Source: Eledone cirrhosa (taxonomy: Eukaryota). From it: a DNA stretch of 64,000 nt. Below, one piece after another: positions 28,081 to 43,667 of the stretch. How positions within the stretch are numbered: position 1 is the stretch's first letter; each line of letters starts with the position of its first letter. The notes beneath the pieces were generated by a model, which was given only the letters and a program-made list of their open reading frames with translations, did not search any database and was not told where the DNA came from. The stretch covers positions 54,994,001 to 55,058,000 of the forward strand of contig OZ024747.1 in the NCBI GenBank assembly GCA_964016885.1, given 5' to 3'. The translations under genes and the position numbers were made by a program.

Positions 28081-28309
28081 CTCTCTCTCTCACACACACT
28101 CCCTTTCTCTCTCTCAGTCTATGTCGTCTCATTCTATCCCTTCTCTCTGATGCACTTTATTATTTCTGTCTTTCAGTTCCATTCACTCTCTCACATTTCC
28201 CCATGTATCCTCTCTCTCAGTCTATGTCGTCTCATTCTATCCCTTCTCTCTGATGCACTTTATTATTTCTGTCTTTCAGTTCCATTCACTCTCTCACATT
28301 TCCCCATGT

Positions 28310-28447
<138 letters not shown>

Positions 28448-29343
28448 ACCTGCTGTCCAACGTTATCCTCTTTCTCTCCTCTGTCACATTAACATTCTCT
28501 TCACTTTTATCTCTCTCAGATTCCTTCTCAACCTCTCTCTTCTTTCATTTTTTTTCTTTCACTCCCACTACTCTCGGTTACCTCTCGTTTCTCTCTTTCC
28601 TTCTCATTCCATACACCTATCTATATTTCTCTCTCTTTTTCTCACACATCGCTCATGTCTCAATGTATTCTCCTTTCTCCCTTTCTCCTCTTTCTTTGTC
28701 TATCATTCATTAACTCCTTCATTAACACTTTTCATTCCTTCATCCTTTCTCTGTCTTTCTTTTCTGTATTTCTTCCACAAACTATGATTCCATCTTTCAC
28801 TTGTTTGAAACTAATTCTCTTTTGTTCTCTCTATTTCTCTTCTTTCTTTAATGTCCTTCATTTTTCTCCTTCAGAATTTTTCTATCGCTTCTTCTTCTCA
28901 GCCTCCATCTTTTCATCTCTCTTCACACTTAAATCTTTCTCTGTACTCTACTTCCAACTAAAGCCATTTCAACCCATTCGCCACTACCCCTTTTTTCTAC
29001 GAATTCTCTTTTCCCTCATTCAAGGCAAGGTTTATTTTATAATTCAATATTTTATTTATTTATTTATTTATATATTAAATTCTTTATTTCATTTTATAGT
29101 TCTTCATTTAACTTCTTTTTTTATCTGTCGTCTGCCTTTATACTGGTTTATTTTCGTTGTGTCAAATGTGTGTGGTGATTTGTCAGACAACGTGAGTGGG
29201 GTGCTAAAATAAAGACAGTCTCGAAGGAATAAAGCTGGTTGAGGAAGTGTGACATAGAGATCGTATGTAATTGTGAACTGTAAGTATATGTGTGTTCATA
29301 CGTATGTGTCAGTATTTATGTATCCGTCCTAAAAATACATTCT

Positions 29344-29382
<39 letters not shown>

Positions 29383-29383
29383 T

Positions 29384-29446
<63 letters not shown>

Positions 29447-29582
29447 CCTTCATGCACACATATACATATACAAATATACATATACATATATACACAGAGA
29501 ATGAAAAAGAAAGAAAGAAAGAAAGAGAGAGGGGATGTATTTCAAGAACTCACACGTGTGGGTATGGTTTTATGTTTGTGCA

Positions 29583-29625
<43 letters not shown>

Positions 29626-29799
29626 ATACACACACACATACACACCCACACCCACACACACATACACACACACATACACACACACATTCACGCACACACA
29701 CACACACACACACATACACACACACCCACACACACCTACACACACACACATACACACACACATACACGCACATTCTCACACACACCCACACACACTCAC

Positions 29800-29833
<34 letters not shown>

Positions 29834-30188
29834 TTTGATGTGAAAGGAGTTGAAATTTAATTTGTGTGTATGCAGTTACGTGTAATTGTATACACGTGTA
29901 CTCGTGCATGATCTGCATGTAAATAATACATCTTTTTCAGGAGAAAAGGAATTCCAGCAGAGCTAAGTAAAAGAAATCCTTTTAATGGTGTTGCTCCGGT
30001 CTAGGCCACTTACATCGGAATATATAAGTCAAGGAGTAAAAGAGAAAAAGCGTAAATGAGTAATAGCGATCAGTTCATCTTTCTTCTTACCAGACTTTAT
30101 TTAAGAATTTTTTATGAAATATTTTGTATTATTTCAAGACACCGAACCCTTGTGGTTAATAAAGAAAGCATCATTTCAAGATGCCCAC

Positions 30189-31527
30189 GGCAATGGATTG
30201 GCAGTATCGGTAGAGGGGCGGACGCCATGCTTTGCAGGATAGAGTTACGGCCCTTTTTGGTATGAGTTCAAATCCCGCCGAGGTTAACTTTGACTTTCAT
30301 CCTTAAAGTACCAGTCACGCACTGCGGTTGATTTAATCGACTTTCCCCTGCCCCAAAATTATTGGCCTTGTGCCTATACTAGAAATGATTATTTCAAGAT
30401 GCCATCTTATAATTTGCATGATATGTCGTTACTATTTCTAGCCGGTGGGGAAGACAATCATTGGGTCCCTTCATATAACGCATTCTGATTTAGTCACAAG
30501 GCCAGTTAATAAAAGAAATAGCTGTGTTTAGATCCCGGGATTAAACAAGGAAAATTATAAAAAATATAAAAATCATGATGATAAACATAATTGTTACTAC
30601 GTTTGACACAAGGCCAGCAATTACCCAGTGCATTACTGGTACTTTATTTTATCGACCCCGTAAGGATGAAAGGCAAAGTTAACCTCGGCGGGATTTGAAC
30701 TCAGAATGGAAAGGGCTGTAACTCTTTGCGTCAAAGCATGGCGTCCGACCCTCTACTGATACTGCATAAAAATAATGATTTCTGATTTAAGCACAAAGCC
30801 AAACATTTTGGATTAGTTCGTCAGTCAATTAAATCGCCCGCAGTGCATTACTGGGACTTTAGCTTATCGACCCCGTAAGTATGAAAGAAAAAGCTAGCCT
30901 CGCCGGTATTTGGACTCAGAACGTAAAGGGCCGTAAATTTATGCCATAAATCATGTGGTCTGACGCTCTCCAATACTGCCAATCCACCGCTCAAATATAA
31001 TTGTTTCTATAATTTGGCACAAGGCCAGCAATTGTATCAATGCATTACTGGTACTTTATTTTATCGACTCCGTATGGATGAAAGGCAAAGTTAACCTCGG
31101 CGGGATTTTAACTCAAATCGTAAAGTACCGTGAGTTCAAATCGCACCGAGGTTAACTTTTCCTTTCATCCTTACGGGGTCGTTAAAATAAGGTACCATTG
31201 CCCTAATATAATTACATGTGGTGTAGAAGAATGTAAGTATATAAATATAACTGTTTCTACGTTAGGCACAAGGCCAGTAATAATCCAGTGTATTACTGGT
31301 ACTTTATTTTATCGACCCCGTTAGGATGAAAGGCAAAGTTAACCTCGGCGGGATTTGAACTCAGAATGGCAAGGGCCGTAACACTATGCGTCAAAGCATG
31401 GCGTCCGACCCTAAATATAATGGTGTTTTCTATTTAAGACATGATTCAAACAACTTACATTCATGTCTGCCTGCTGGTCTTCTGAAAATACACACACCAC
31501 ACACACATATACACACAAACGTACACG

Positions 31528-31609
<82 letters not shown>

Positions 31610-32142
31610 CATATACACATATACACATACACAGGCACACAAACATACACACATATATGCACATATACACATATATATATACACACACACACACCCACAA
31701 CACACATACCTACATCACGCACACATATACACACACATACGCACACATGCACGCATATATACAGATGGACACACGCATTCCCATGTACACATGCACACAC
31801 ACATACACATAAACACATGCACACACACATACACGCACACAATCATGGTCTGGCCTGCATGATTGAGAGCAACTTTCAAAGTGCAGATCCCTCGTGTCAC
31901 GAGACAAGGGTCTCGCTAAATTCAGACAAAGTAATGAGAGTATGATAATTATTAATGTTACATTTGAAAGGGCGGTGGATTGGCAGTATTGGTAGATGGT
32001 CGGACGCCATGCTTTGCAGCAAAGAGTTACGGCCCTTTATGATCTGAGTTCAAATCCAGCCGAGGTTGACTTTGCCGTTCATCCTTACGGGGTCGATAAA
32101 ATAAAGTACCAGTAATACACTGGGTTATTGCTGGTAGAAACA
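30189..32142. mobile_element. Cluster of about seven SINE copies in both orientations
   Basis: 30189-30390 (+, TSD atttcaagatgcc); 30588-30765, 30775-30992, 30998-31130 and 31250-31412 (-); 31129-31197 (+ partial); 31968-32142 (+, TSD attaatgttacatttga). Confidence 0.85.
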
Positions 32143-33101
32143 ATTAATGTTACATTTGATTGTACTTTCTTAGATTACAGTTACATTTTCACTATTTCAA
32201 GTGTTAGCAAGACAGCTGATTATATTTGGATGTCGTGGTTTTAAGCAAAGGACAGGTATACCTGCCTTACCATCACACACTCCCTTACCATCCTCCGGGG
32301 AAACCCCTTGTCCATTCTGTCCGCTGAGACTGTGGGGCGGCCAGCACGTGGGACCCCATTTGCTCACTATAGAGAGATATGGGGAGGGCGAGAGAGATGG
32401 GGGCGATGACAGTGGGAGTTCGACTCTTCCGTGTTCGGACACAATGCACCTGTCAAGAGTCTATTTTCATACTTGTGACGAACATAGCTTCACCATATAA
32501 CATGGACAATATATCAGTGTTAGCTATTTCCACCTACTAATATTGCTATAGTAGCCATCTAATAATGGATCCTCAAGGACCAGCAAGGATATATTAGACA
32601 AGTCTTTCATCTACTCCATCATGATGGTACCTCCTGGTGCACATTAAATGAGGTACATTTGAAGTTGAATACTCTAAGAAGAAATGGCTTTGTTATGGAA
32701 TAACGACCACCCTCCTATGATAATTTATATTATTCAGAGTTTCCGATAATAGTGGAATGATGGCGTAGCGTTATCCTCTAACAGGAGTCCTTGTTGATTG
32801 GCTTCAAATACAGATAATTCGACTAAATATACATATAAATCAGGCGGTGGCGTTTAATCAAGTGATTGAGAAATGGTTCTGTTCATGGAACTGATCAATT
32901 TGGATTGACCTGTGGCTAAAAAACGAGTACAGCTCAGCTGGTATGAGGAGAGTGTAGTTAGTGTGTTTAAAAAAGGCCCATCAATTAAAGTGTATCGCGC
33001 TGTTTGTCCTGTATCCAATCATGTCAAAGATAACTATCTCGTTTATTATAAAAATGGCATATTATATAAGGCTATGCTTATATATCTATTTATCTATGAT
33101 C

Positions 33102-33152
<51 letters not shown>

Positions 33153-33211
33153 GTGTGTATATATATATGTGTGTGTGTTTATATTTATATATAAATATAT
33201 ATGTATACATA

Positions 33212-33273
<62 letters not shown>

Positions 33274-33827
33274 CACATACACACACATATATATATATAT
33301 ACACACACATATACACATATACACATATATATATACACATATATATATATATATTTGTGTGTGTGTGTGTGTAAATAATAGTATGAGTATTTATGAAGTG
33401 TGGAGATAATGTGAAAAAGATAAAAACCATATATGGTTGTTAGAGTGCTTTTAGTTGGGGGGCAGCTGAAGTCATGCCGAGCTTAATAGCATTAGAGAAG
33501 TGTATTAGTAGCACACTCTCTGAGTAATATACATAAATATTCAATGATTATATATTTATCACATAGACAATAATCTGATGCTATAAAGTATCATTGGGGA
33601 AACAAACATAGCTATTTGCTACTCTTCTTTCGTATCATCCCATTTACAGGTATTACTGAATGTTGATATCTGATAAACTACAAACGAGGGATGTTCCTGT
33701 TGTTTTGTCATAGTCTACGTAGTGGATGCTGCTGTTGTTGTCATTGTAGTTGTTGTTGAGAGTGCTTTTAAAATAAGTAGGGATTAAGTCTGAAAATATT
33801 TATGAATTTTGATCATAAATCTCCTGC

Positions 33828-33860
<33 letters not shown>

Positions 33861-34180
33861 TTGTATTAGGTAAAGTAAATTCTGCCTTGCAAAAGAAATG
33901 TTAATAGATGTCATGTCTTGCACCCCTTTCTGTTAAAATTTACCCAGATATGTGGTATAATACTATGAACATTTCCTTTCCTTTCATCTCTTGGAAAAAT
34001 GTGTATCAATTCCGAAATATTTAATGGCCACACATGAATGACAGTACGGACAGGAATGATTCTTGACACTTCCTCAATGGCTGCGTGACCTGTTGTCGCA
34101 CCCACTTATTCAAGACAGGGTCCTTGCTAGTCCTGTCAAAAGCAACCGTCTCTAAATAATCCTGCTGGATCCTCATGTAT

Positions 34181-34278
<98 letters not shown>

Positions 34279-34651
34279 GAATGTATATATAATGTATTTT
34301 GCAATACACTTTATGCTTAATTAAAAGCACTTTGAAGACCGCATGCTATTGTTTTAGAGTAGTGACAAACTCACTTACTTTAATCTCAGCAAACAAGGGG
34401 AGATAAGCCGACAAGGCCTTGTTTCGTATTTATTGATGCTTATCAAGGCTAACTACTCCCTCCTGTCTACTGAGATCACTGATGTTATATTCTTATAGAA
34501 TTCTAGTAAATAATCAGGAACTGATTATACAGAGCGGTTGCCGGTCAGGTAGAAATTAAAAATTAGAATTGGAGCTCTGAAATATCAATATATATATGAA
34601 TGTATATATAATGTATTTTGCAATACACTGATGTTATATTCTATAAGAATA

Positions 34652-34842
34652 TAACTGTTTCTACTTTAGGCAGAAGGCCAGCATTTACCCAGTGCATTAC
34701 TGGTACTTTATTTTATCGATCCCGTAAGGATGAAAGGCAAAGTCAACCTCGGCGGGATTTGAACTCAGACCGTAAAGGGACGTAACTATGCTGGAAAGCA
34801 TGGTCTCTGGCCCTCTACCGATACTGCCAATCCACCGCCCTC
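34652..34842 (-). mobile_element. SINE nested in the family C fold-back
   Basis: Family match; atattctataagaatataac duplicated on both sides. Confidence 0.87.
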
Positions 34843-34895
34843 ATATTCTATAAGAATATAACATCAGTGATCTCAGTAGACAGGAGGGAGTAGTT

Positions 34896-34940
34896 AGCCT
34901 TGATAAGCATCAATAAATGCGAAACAAGGCCTTGTCGGCT
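34896..34940 (+). ncRNA. Type I hammerhead, U3-A8 variant, family C (mirror on the - strand at 34406-34450)
   Basis: agcc TTGATAA gcat-caataa-atgc GAAA caaggccttg TC ggct. 10-nt palindromic stem III, GUC site. Confidence 0.8.
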
Positions 34941-35052
34941 TACCTCCTCTTGTTTGCTGAGATTAAAGTAAGTGAGTTTGTCACTATTCTAAAACAATAG
35001 CATACGGTCTTCAAAATGCTTTTAATTAAGCATAAAGTGTATTGCAAAATAC

Positions 35053-35104
<52 letters not shown>

Positions 35105-35125
35105 ATATATATATATGTGTATATA

Positions 35126-35242
<117 letters not shown>

Positions 35243-35259
35243 TTACCACATTTCCTTCG

Positions 35260-35301
<42 letters not shown>

Positions 35302-35303
<2 letters not shown>

Positions 35304-35440
35304 CGAAGGAAATGTGGTAAGGAACCAGATGGACCATAACGCACCGAAGTACTCAATACTTAGGCTAGTAGAGTGAGTAATAGGAACGAGTAGGACCCCG
35401 ACGGCTGAGCCCAAGCTGTTTCGACGGGGTCCTACTCATT

Positions 35441-35442
<2 letters not shown>
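35302..35442 (-). mobile_element. Family E element with only the 3' half of a hammerhead
   Basis: Reverse-complement homolog of 36387-36527; short inverted arm at 35425-35442; in (TA)n. Confidence 0.7.
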
Positions 35443-35498
<56 letters not shown>

Positions 35499-35501
<3 letters not shown>

Positions 35502-35757
35502 TTAATATAGATGAGATTCTACAGGACTAGAACTGTTTCATTCATTAGAAATCATCAGGAATCTGGGTATCAAAAAAAAAATATAAAAAAATAAAAAATA
35601 AAAAAAAAATAAAAAAAAATACCCAGATTCCTGATGATTTCTAATGAATGAAACAGTTCTAGTCCTGTAGAATCTCATCTATATTAAAACTTTTATACTC
35701 TGCTATGTATTGAGTACCTTACTTACTGTGGTTACCTCCGATTCAACCCGGAATAAC

Positions 35758-35760
<3 letters not shown>
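35499..35760 (+). mobile_element. HHR fold-back element, family A, copy 1
   Basis: Perfect inverted repeat 35499-35570 / 35619-35690 around an A-rich spacer, plus a 70-bp tail; embedded in (TA)n. Confidence 0.8.
35625..35675 (+). ncRNA. Type I hammerhead ribozyme, family A (mirror copy on the - strand at 35514-35564)
   Basis: agattc CTGATGA tttc-taat-gaat GAAA cag-ttctagtc-ctg TA gaatct. Canonical core, 6-bp stem I, GUA site. Confidence 0.85.
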
Positions 35761-35805
<45 letters not shown>

Positions 35806-35982
35806 TGTATATCTGCGCATGTATTGTTTTTTTGGCGTTAATATACTTCCTCATTTTTGAATTAGTTTGAGTATTTCTTTAGAACTGCTGGAGTAGCAAC
35901 CTAACATATATCTCAGACTCGGATGGTGATTATCGCTAAATACTGATATTGGTTGGATTATCAATATTAGTATTATTGGGTA

Positions 35983-36109
35983 CCCACTGAAGAGTTATAA
36001 GAACCCACTTGAATATATATCTGTTGATCTTATACGAGCTCCTACATAAATTGGTATAATTTCACCCAAATTGTAGGAATCTTATAATGAAACGAGACGT
36101 CCGTCTGGG
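35983..36109 (+). ncRNA. Hammerhead with a 77-nt stem II loop insertion (family F, element about 35805-36280)
   Basis: ccca CTGAAGA gttataaga-[77 nt]-tcttataat GAAA cg-agacgtc-cg TC tggg. Internal hairpin tcctaca/tgtagga. Confidence 0.7.
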
Positions 36110-36279
36110 AAGAGATATATTCGATATGTCTCATATGAAATAATACAGCCAATTTTCCACACAATACATTTAGTTAGGACCCCGAACGTTTAATTAGGAA
36201 TATACTCACTTATTTCCTAATGTTTGTTGAGTGAGTTGGAATTTGGCCGGAGTATCGCTAAAAGCTTTCTCCGATAATG

Positions 36280-36527
<248 letters not shown>

Positions 36528-37333
36528 TATATATATATATATATATATATATGCGCACCATCTATTGATAGACATATCTCGTTAATTTAAGAGTTTTATA
36601 AATGCCGATATATGACTAAAGAGATGGTTATAATTATGATGGAGATGATGACGATGATGACGATGATTTTGGCAATGATGTATGATGACGACGATGTTAG
36701 GATAAACAGGAGGTTCATCTTTGTTCCTTCGTTATTTATACCATGAACATAAGTATGTTCAACCCCAGCATCATCGACGTCACCAAGTCCACTTCTACCA
36801 TCACTATTGACACCACCATCACATTCATCGAAACGACGATGAAAGTGACAACCGTCCCTACCACTACAGCTATGAACTACTACAACATCAATATGACGAT
36901 TGCTACGAATTCCATCACTACTAGCACCACTGCCACCATTTACGATAACCGCAAACACTTCATCCACACCCACATTAAACATACATACAGAAAAACCAAC
37001 ATCAATAAGAGGACCAGCACCGACAACATCACCATATGTAACTACAACAAAAACCTCCACAACTACAACCACATACACTACCAATAGCGCCACTCCACCC
37101 ATTACCACGACCAACACAACCCTAACACCCACCTCACTACCAACACAGTATGTTGTATATTACGCTCCACCCTACCAAAGAGATAGTAATAAGCAGACAA
37201 CGGTATGAAACAAAACTATACACTGAAAAGAAATGGATTTTTAGTGTTTCCTTTGTTAGCTATGTTTGTCGACATTGTCTTCTAACAGTTAGGGACAATT
37301 TATATACGGCCATTTTTTTGCGTTCACATGAGA

Positions 37334-37387
<54 letters not shown>

Positions 37388-37442
37388 CATATATATATAT
37401 ATATGTGTGTTTGTGTGTATGTAAATATGTATGTATACATAT

Positions 37443-37504
<62 letters not shown>

Positions 37505-37561
37505 CATATATATACATATATATATATATATATGTATATATATGTTCATATATATACATAT

Positions 37562-37603
<42 letters not shown>

Positions 37604-38900
37604 AGTGTGTGTGTGTGTGTGTGTTTATATAAATATATATATATATTATATATTATATATATATATTATATATATATATATACATACATATTTACATACA
37701 CACACACACACACACATATATATGTATACACAGATATTTACATATATGTATGTGTATGTTATTGTTTCGTGTGAGAGTATAGGTGTGCATACTTAAATAT
37801 ACGTGTTGATGTGCTTACAAATATTTATCTATATAGACGTGTAAGCACATCCGAATATATATTTATATGCATGAACACATACCTATACATACATACTCGA
37901 CTGCATACATATACATGCCTATATATGTTAATATATATGTGTGTTTGTGTGCGTGCACGTTTGTGTGTGTATGCAAAAATATAAGTATGTCTAGGGTATT
38001 CCTGAGAGAGTGAGAAAGAGAGAGAAAGTGAGAGAGAGAGGGAGAGAGAGAGAGAGAGAGGGGGGGAGAGAGAGAATATGGCAGAATCTAAGAGAATGAT
38101 TCTGGGTTAAAATAGGAAAAGAGCGGAAGAGAAAAATAGACAGAGAGTGAGAGAGGGAGAGTCTGTCAGAATGAGAAAAAGGTAATGTGACAGACAGGGG
38201 GAAAAGAGAGAGAGAGATAGAGAGGGGAGGGGGTGCAAGAAAGAGTAAGAGACAGGAAAATGGTGTCAAGGGAATAGTAGAAGCGAGGGAGAACATAAAC
38301 GAGAGTTAGAGTACTGAGACTGGCTGAAGGGAGGATCGGGAAAAGATTGGCGGGAGAGAAATAGAGAGAGAGCGATAAAGAGGTAGCAGCCGGGAGAGTG
38401 ATAAAGAGAGTAGTAAGTGAAATAACAAGAGAAAGAGAGAGAGCGAAATAATTATATAGAGAGATAACTGAGTGACAAGAAGAGAAAGAAAGAGAGAGAA
38501 AGAGAGAGACAGCGAGAGACAGGGGAAATAAAACGAAGCACGAAAGTAAGTGAGAAGGGGGAAGAGAAATAGAAAAGAAGAGAGAGAGCGAAAGAGAGAG
38601 GGGTACTGACAGGCAAAGCCAGAGTGAGACAGATAGAAACTGAGAACGAGAAAGAAACAGTGAGAAAGACAGAGAGAGGGGGTAGAGAGATCAAAAGAGA
38701 AAGCCAGAGGCAGAGAGGGCGAGAGAGATGGTGAAAGTGAGAACAAAAGAGAAATAGTGAGAAAGAGAAACAGGTAGAGAGATAAATAGAGAGGAGAGAG
38801 AAGAAAGATGACAGTACTTCAACTTTTCCTTGGGTGGAGGGATAAAGTTATATATGTAAAAAACATTTCTGTTGCTTATGTCAATTCTAGTAGCAGCAGC

Positions 38901-38937
<37 letters not shown>

Positions 38938-38938
38938 A

Positions 38939-38976
<38 letters not shown>

Positions 38977-39289
38977 CTAGTCGTTGTTGTTGCTGTTGTT
39001 GTTGTTGTTCTTACTCTAATAGTTGCATTTGTTATTGTAATCGTTGTTGCTGTAGATTTTTTTTTATTGTTGCAGGTGTTGTTTTATTCATATTTTTGTT
39101 TTCAGAATGATAATGTTGACAAAATTATCGTTGTTATACATGTTGTTATTATTAATGGTTTTATTATTTTGTTTTGTGTATATTTTTGTAGTTGTCCTTG
39201 CTAATATTGTTATTCTTTCTTTTTTCTTTATTTTTTGGTTTATTATGTTAACTATTGCAATAGTAGTACAGTGTAAATTATTCTGATGA

Positions 39290-40520
<1,231 letters not shown>

Positions 40521-40816
40521 ATGTGTATGTATATATATACACATATGGATATCTTTATGTAATTGTGTCTATATATGTGTACTCGGCTATATGAACAATG
40601 AAATCTATTATGCTACACAAAGACGTTGCATTGCTCCTCCCCACATCATAATGAATGACCAATATCTTTATTTTACTTTGCAGCCATTTTATGTTTTAGT
40701 GTCATTCGTCCCCCCAACTCGTCGACATTATAATCACCACCACTAGCAGCATCATCATAACCGTTGTTATATCCTCATCATCCCCATATCACCTTAAACC
40801 CACCACCGCGGCCACT

Positions 40817-40878
<62 letters not shown>

Positions 40879-40994
40879 TATCATTCATCATTATTATTTT
40901 CCTAATATGTTATCACCACCAACGCCATCATTAAAAGCATCATCATGATGTTGATGATGATGATGATGATCATCATCATTATTATTATCCTATA

Positions 40995-41178
40995 GATTGG
41001 CTGTATCGGTAGGGGGACGGACGCCAGGTTTTGACGCATAGAGTTACGGCCCTACCATTGTGAGTTCAAATCCCGCCCAGGTTAACTTTGCCTTTCCCCC
41101 CTTACGGGGTCGATAAAATAAAGTACCAGTAATACACTGGGTTAATTGCTGGCCTTGTGCCAAATGTAGAAACAATTA
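40995..41178 (+). mobile_element. tRNA-derived SINE
   Basis: Family match. Confidence 0.82.
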
Positions 41179-41389
41179 TTATGCTAATATGCTATCACCT
41201 CCAACACCATCATCATCATCATCATCTTCTTCTTCCTCATCGTCTTCGTCATCCTCAACATCACCATAATCATCATCTTCAAAAACATCAGCATCATCAT
41301 CATCAAACTTATCAACGTTATCGTCACATCCGCCTGTCACTAACTTTATCATCATCATCAACGGCACAGGCCTTTACTTTGTCATTGTA

Positions 41390-42545
41390 TTCAGCATTAT
41401 CGGTAGAGTATCGGACGCCATGCTTTGTCGCATAGAGTTACGGCCCTTTATTATCTGAGTTCAAATCCCGCCGAGGTTAACTTTGCCTTTCATCCTTACG
41501 GGGTCGATAAAATAATGTACCAGTGACGCACTGGGGTCGATTTAATCTACGTTTCGCTTTGTCGCATAGAGTTACGGCCCTTTATTATCTGAGTTCAAAA
41601 TCTCGCCGAGGTTAACTTTGCCTTTCATCCTTACGGGGTCGATAAAATAATGTACCAGTCACGCACTGGGGTCGATTTAATCTACGTTTCGCTTTGTCGC
41701 ATAGAGTTACGGCCCTTTATTATCTGAGTTCAAATCCCGCCGAGGTTAACTTTGCCTTTCATTCTTACGGGGTCGATAAAATAAAGTACCAGTCACGCAC
41801 TGGGGTCGATTTAATCTACTTTTCGCTTTGTCGCATAGAGTTACGGCCCTTTATTATCTGAGTTCAAATCCCGCCGAGGTTAATTTTGCCTTTCATTCTT
41901 ACGGGGTCGATAAAATAAAGTACCAGTCACGCACTGGGGTCGATTTAATCTACTTTTCGCTTTGTCGCATAGAGTTACGGCCCTTTATTATCTGAGTTCA
42001 AAATCTCGCCGAGGTTAACTTTGCCTTTCATCCTTACGGGGTCGATAAAATAAAGTACCAGTCACGCACTGGGGTCGATTTAATCTACTTTTCGCTTTGT
42101 CGCATAGAGTTACGGCCCTTTATTATCTGAGTTCAAATCTCGCCGAGGTTAACTTTGCCTTTCATCCTTACGGGGTCGATAAAATAATGTAGCAGTCACG
42201 CACTGGGGTCGATTTAATCTACTTTTCGCTTTGTCGCATAGAGTTACGGCCCTTTATTATCTGAGTTCAAATCTCGCCGAGGTTAAATTTGCCTTTCATC
42301 CTTACGGGGTCGATAAAATAAAGTACCAGTCACGCACTGAGGGTCGATTTAATCTACTTTTCGTTTTGTCGCATAGAGTTACGGCCCTTTATTATCTGAG
42401 TTCAAATCCCGCCGAGGTTAACTTTGCCTTTCATCCTTACGGGGTCGATAAAATAAAGTACCAGTCACGCACTGGGGTCGATTTAATCTACTTTTCCCTC
42501 CCCCCCAAAATTGCTGGCCTTGTGCCTACATAAGAAACCATTATT
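41390..42545 (+). repeat. Single SINE with an internal 134-135-bp segment amplified to 8 tandem units
   Basis: tttgtcgcatagagttacggccc recurs near 41423, 41557, 41692, 41826, 41960, 42095, 42229 and 42364; one head and one tail. Confidence 0.9.
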
Positions 42546-42584
42546 TAAACATCATGTCCTCCCCTTCACCTCCCTCCTCCTCAT

Positions 42585-42920
42585 TATCATCATCATCATC
42601 ATCATCATCATCAACATCAACAGCCCTAATGACATTATGACTATCGCCATTCCTATTCTCCATCGTTATTATAATCATTATTATCCTTATTGTTTTTCAT
42701 TGTGGATTGTGTCATTAGCAACAACAATACCGTAATTGTCGTTATCAGCAGCAGCAACACCAAAACCATCATCATTACCTCCAACACCACCACTACCATC
42801 AGCAGTAGCAGCATCATTACCACTACCACCACCATCATCATCATTAACACCACCATCACCATCATCAGCGTCACTAACATTACCATCGTCATCATCATCA
42901 TCATCATCACCATCACCACC

Positions 42921-42954
<34 letters not shown>

Positions 42955-43634
42955 TCATCATCATTATCACTACCACCTCCACCACCATTATCATCATCTT
43001 TACCACCACCACCACCATTATCATCATTATCACCACCACCACCATCATCATCATTATCACTACCACCACCACCACCACCACCACCACCATCATCATCATT
43101 ATCACCACCACCACCATTATCATCATCACTACCATCGCCACCATCAGCAGCATCACTACCACCGCCACCACATCAGCAGCATCACTACCACCGCCACCAC
43201 ATCATCAGCAGCATCCCTACCATGCCACCACATCAGCAGCATCACTACCACCGCTACCACATCAGCAACATCACTACCACCGCCATCATCAGCAGCATCA
43301 CTACCACCGCCACCACATCAGCAGCATCACTACCACGGCCACCAACAGCAACATCATTACCACCACCACCACAGCAACATCACCACCACCAACACCACCA
43401 CCACCACCATCATTATCTTCATTACCTCCACCACCATCATCAGCGCCATTACCATCACCACCATTATCAACATGATAATCATCATCATCAACGGCCTCAT
43501 CCTAAGTATTCTCACCATAGTCAACGCCTTACCCTTTCCCTCCAACACAAATTATTTTCTCGTTTCATCCCTCTTCCTCCTTCCTCTCTTCATTCTCTCC
43601 TTACTTCCCCATCCTCCTTCTGTTTGTCATCATT

Positions 43635-43667
<33 letters not shown>

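Larger units (their letters stand above)
34285..35056. mobile_element. HHR fold-back element, family C (about 215-bp arms), with a SINE inserted in the spacer
   Basis: 34285-34501 is the reverse complement of about 34843-35056; both ends lie in (TA)n. Confidence 0.78.

Noticed and set aside
36743-37208. Thr-rich mucin-like ORFs
   Set aside because: Consistent with decayed (ACC/ACT)n low-complexity DNA; overlapping frames are similarly open.
41423-42500. Regular array resembling CRISPR
   Set aside because: Units are contiguous SINE segments with no unique spacers; eukaryotic context with no cas genes.
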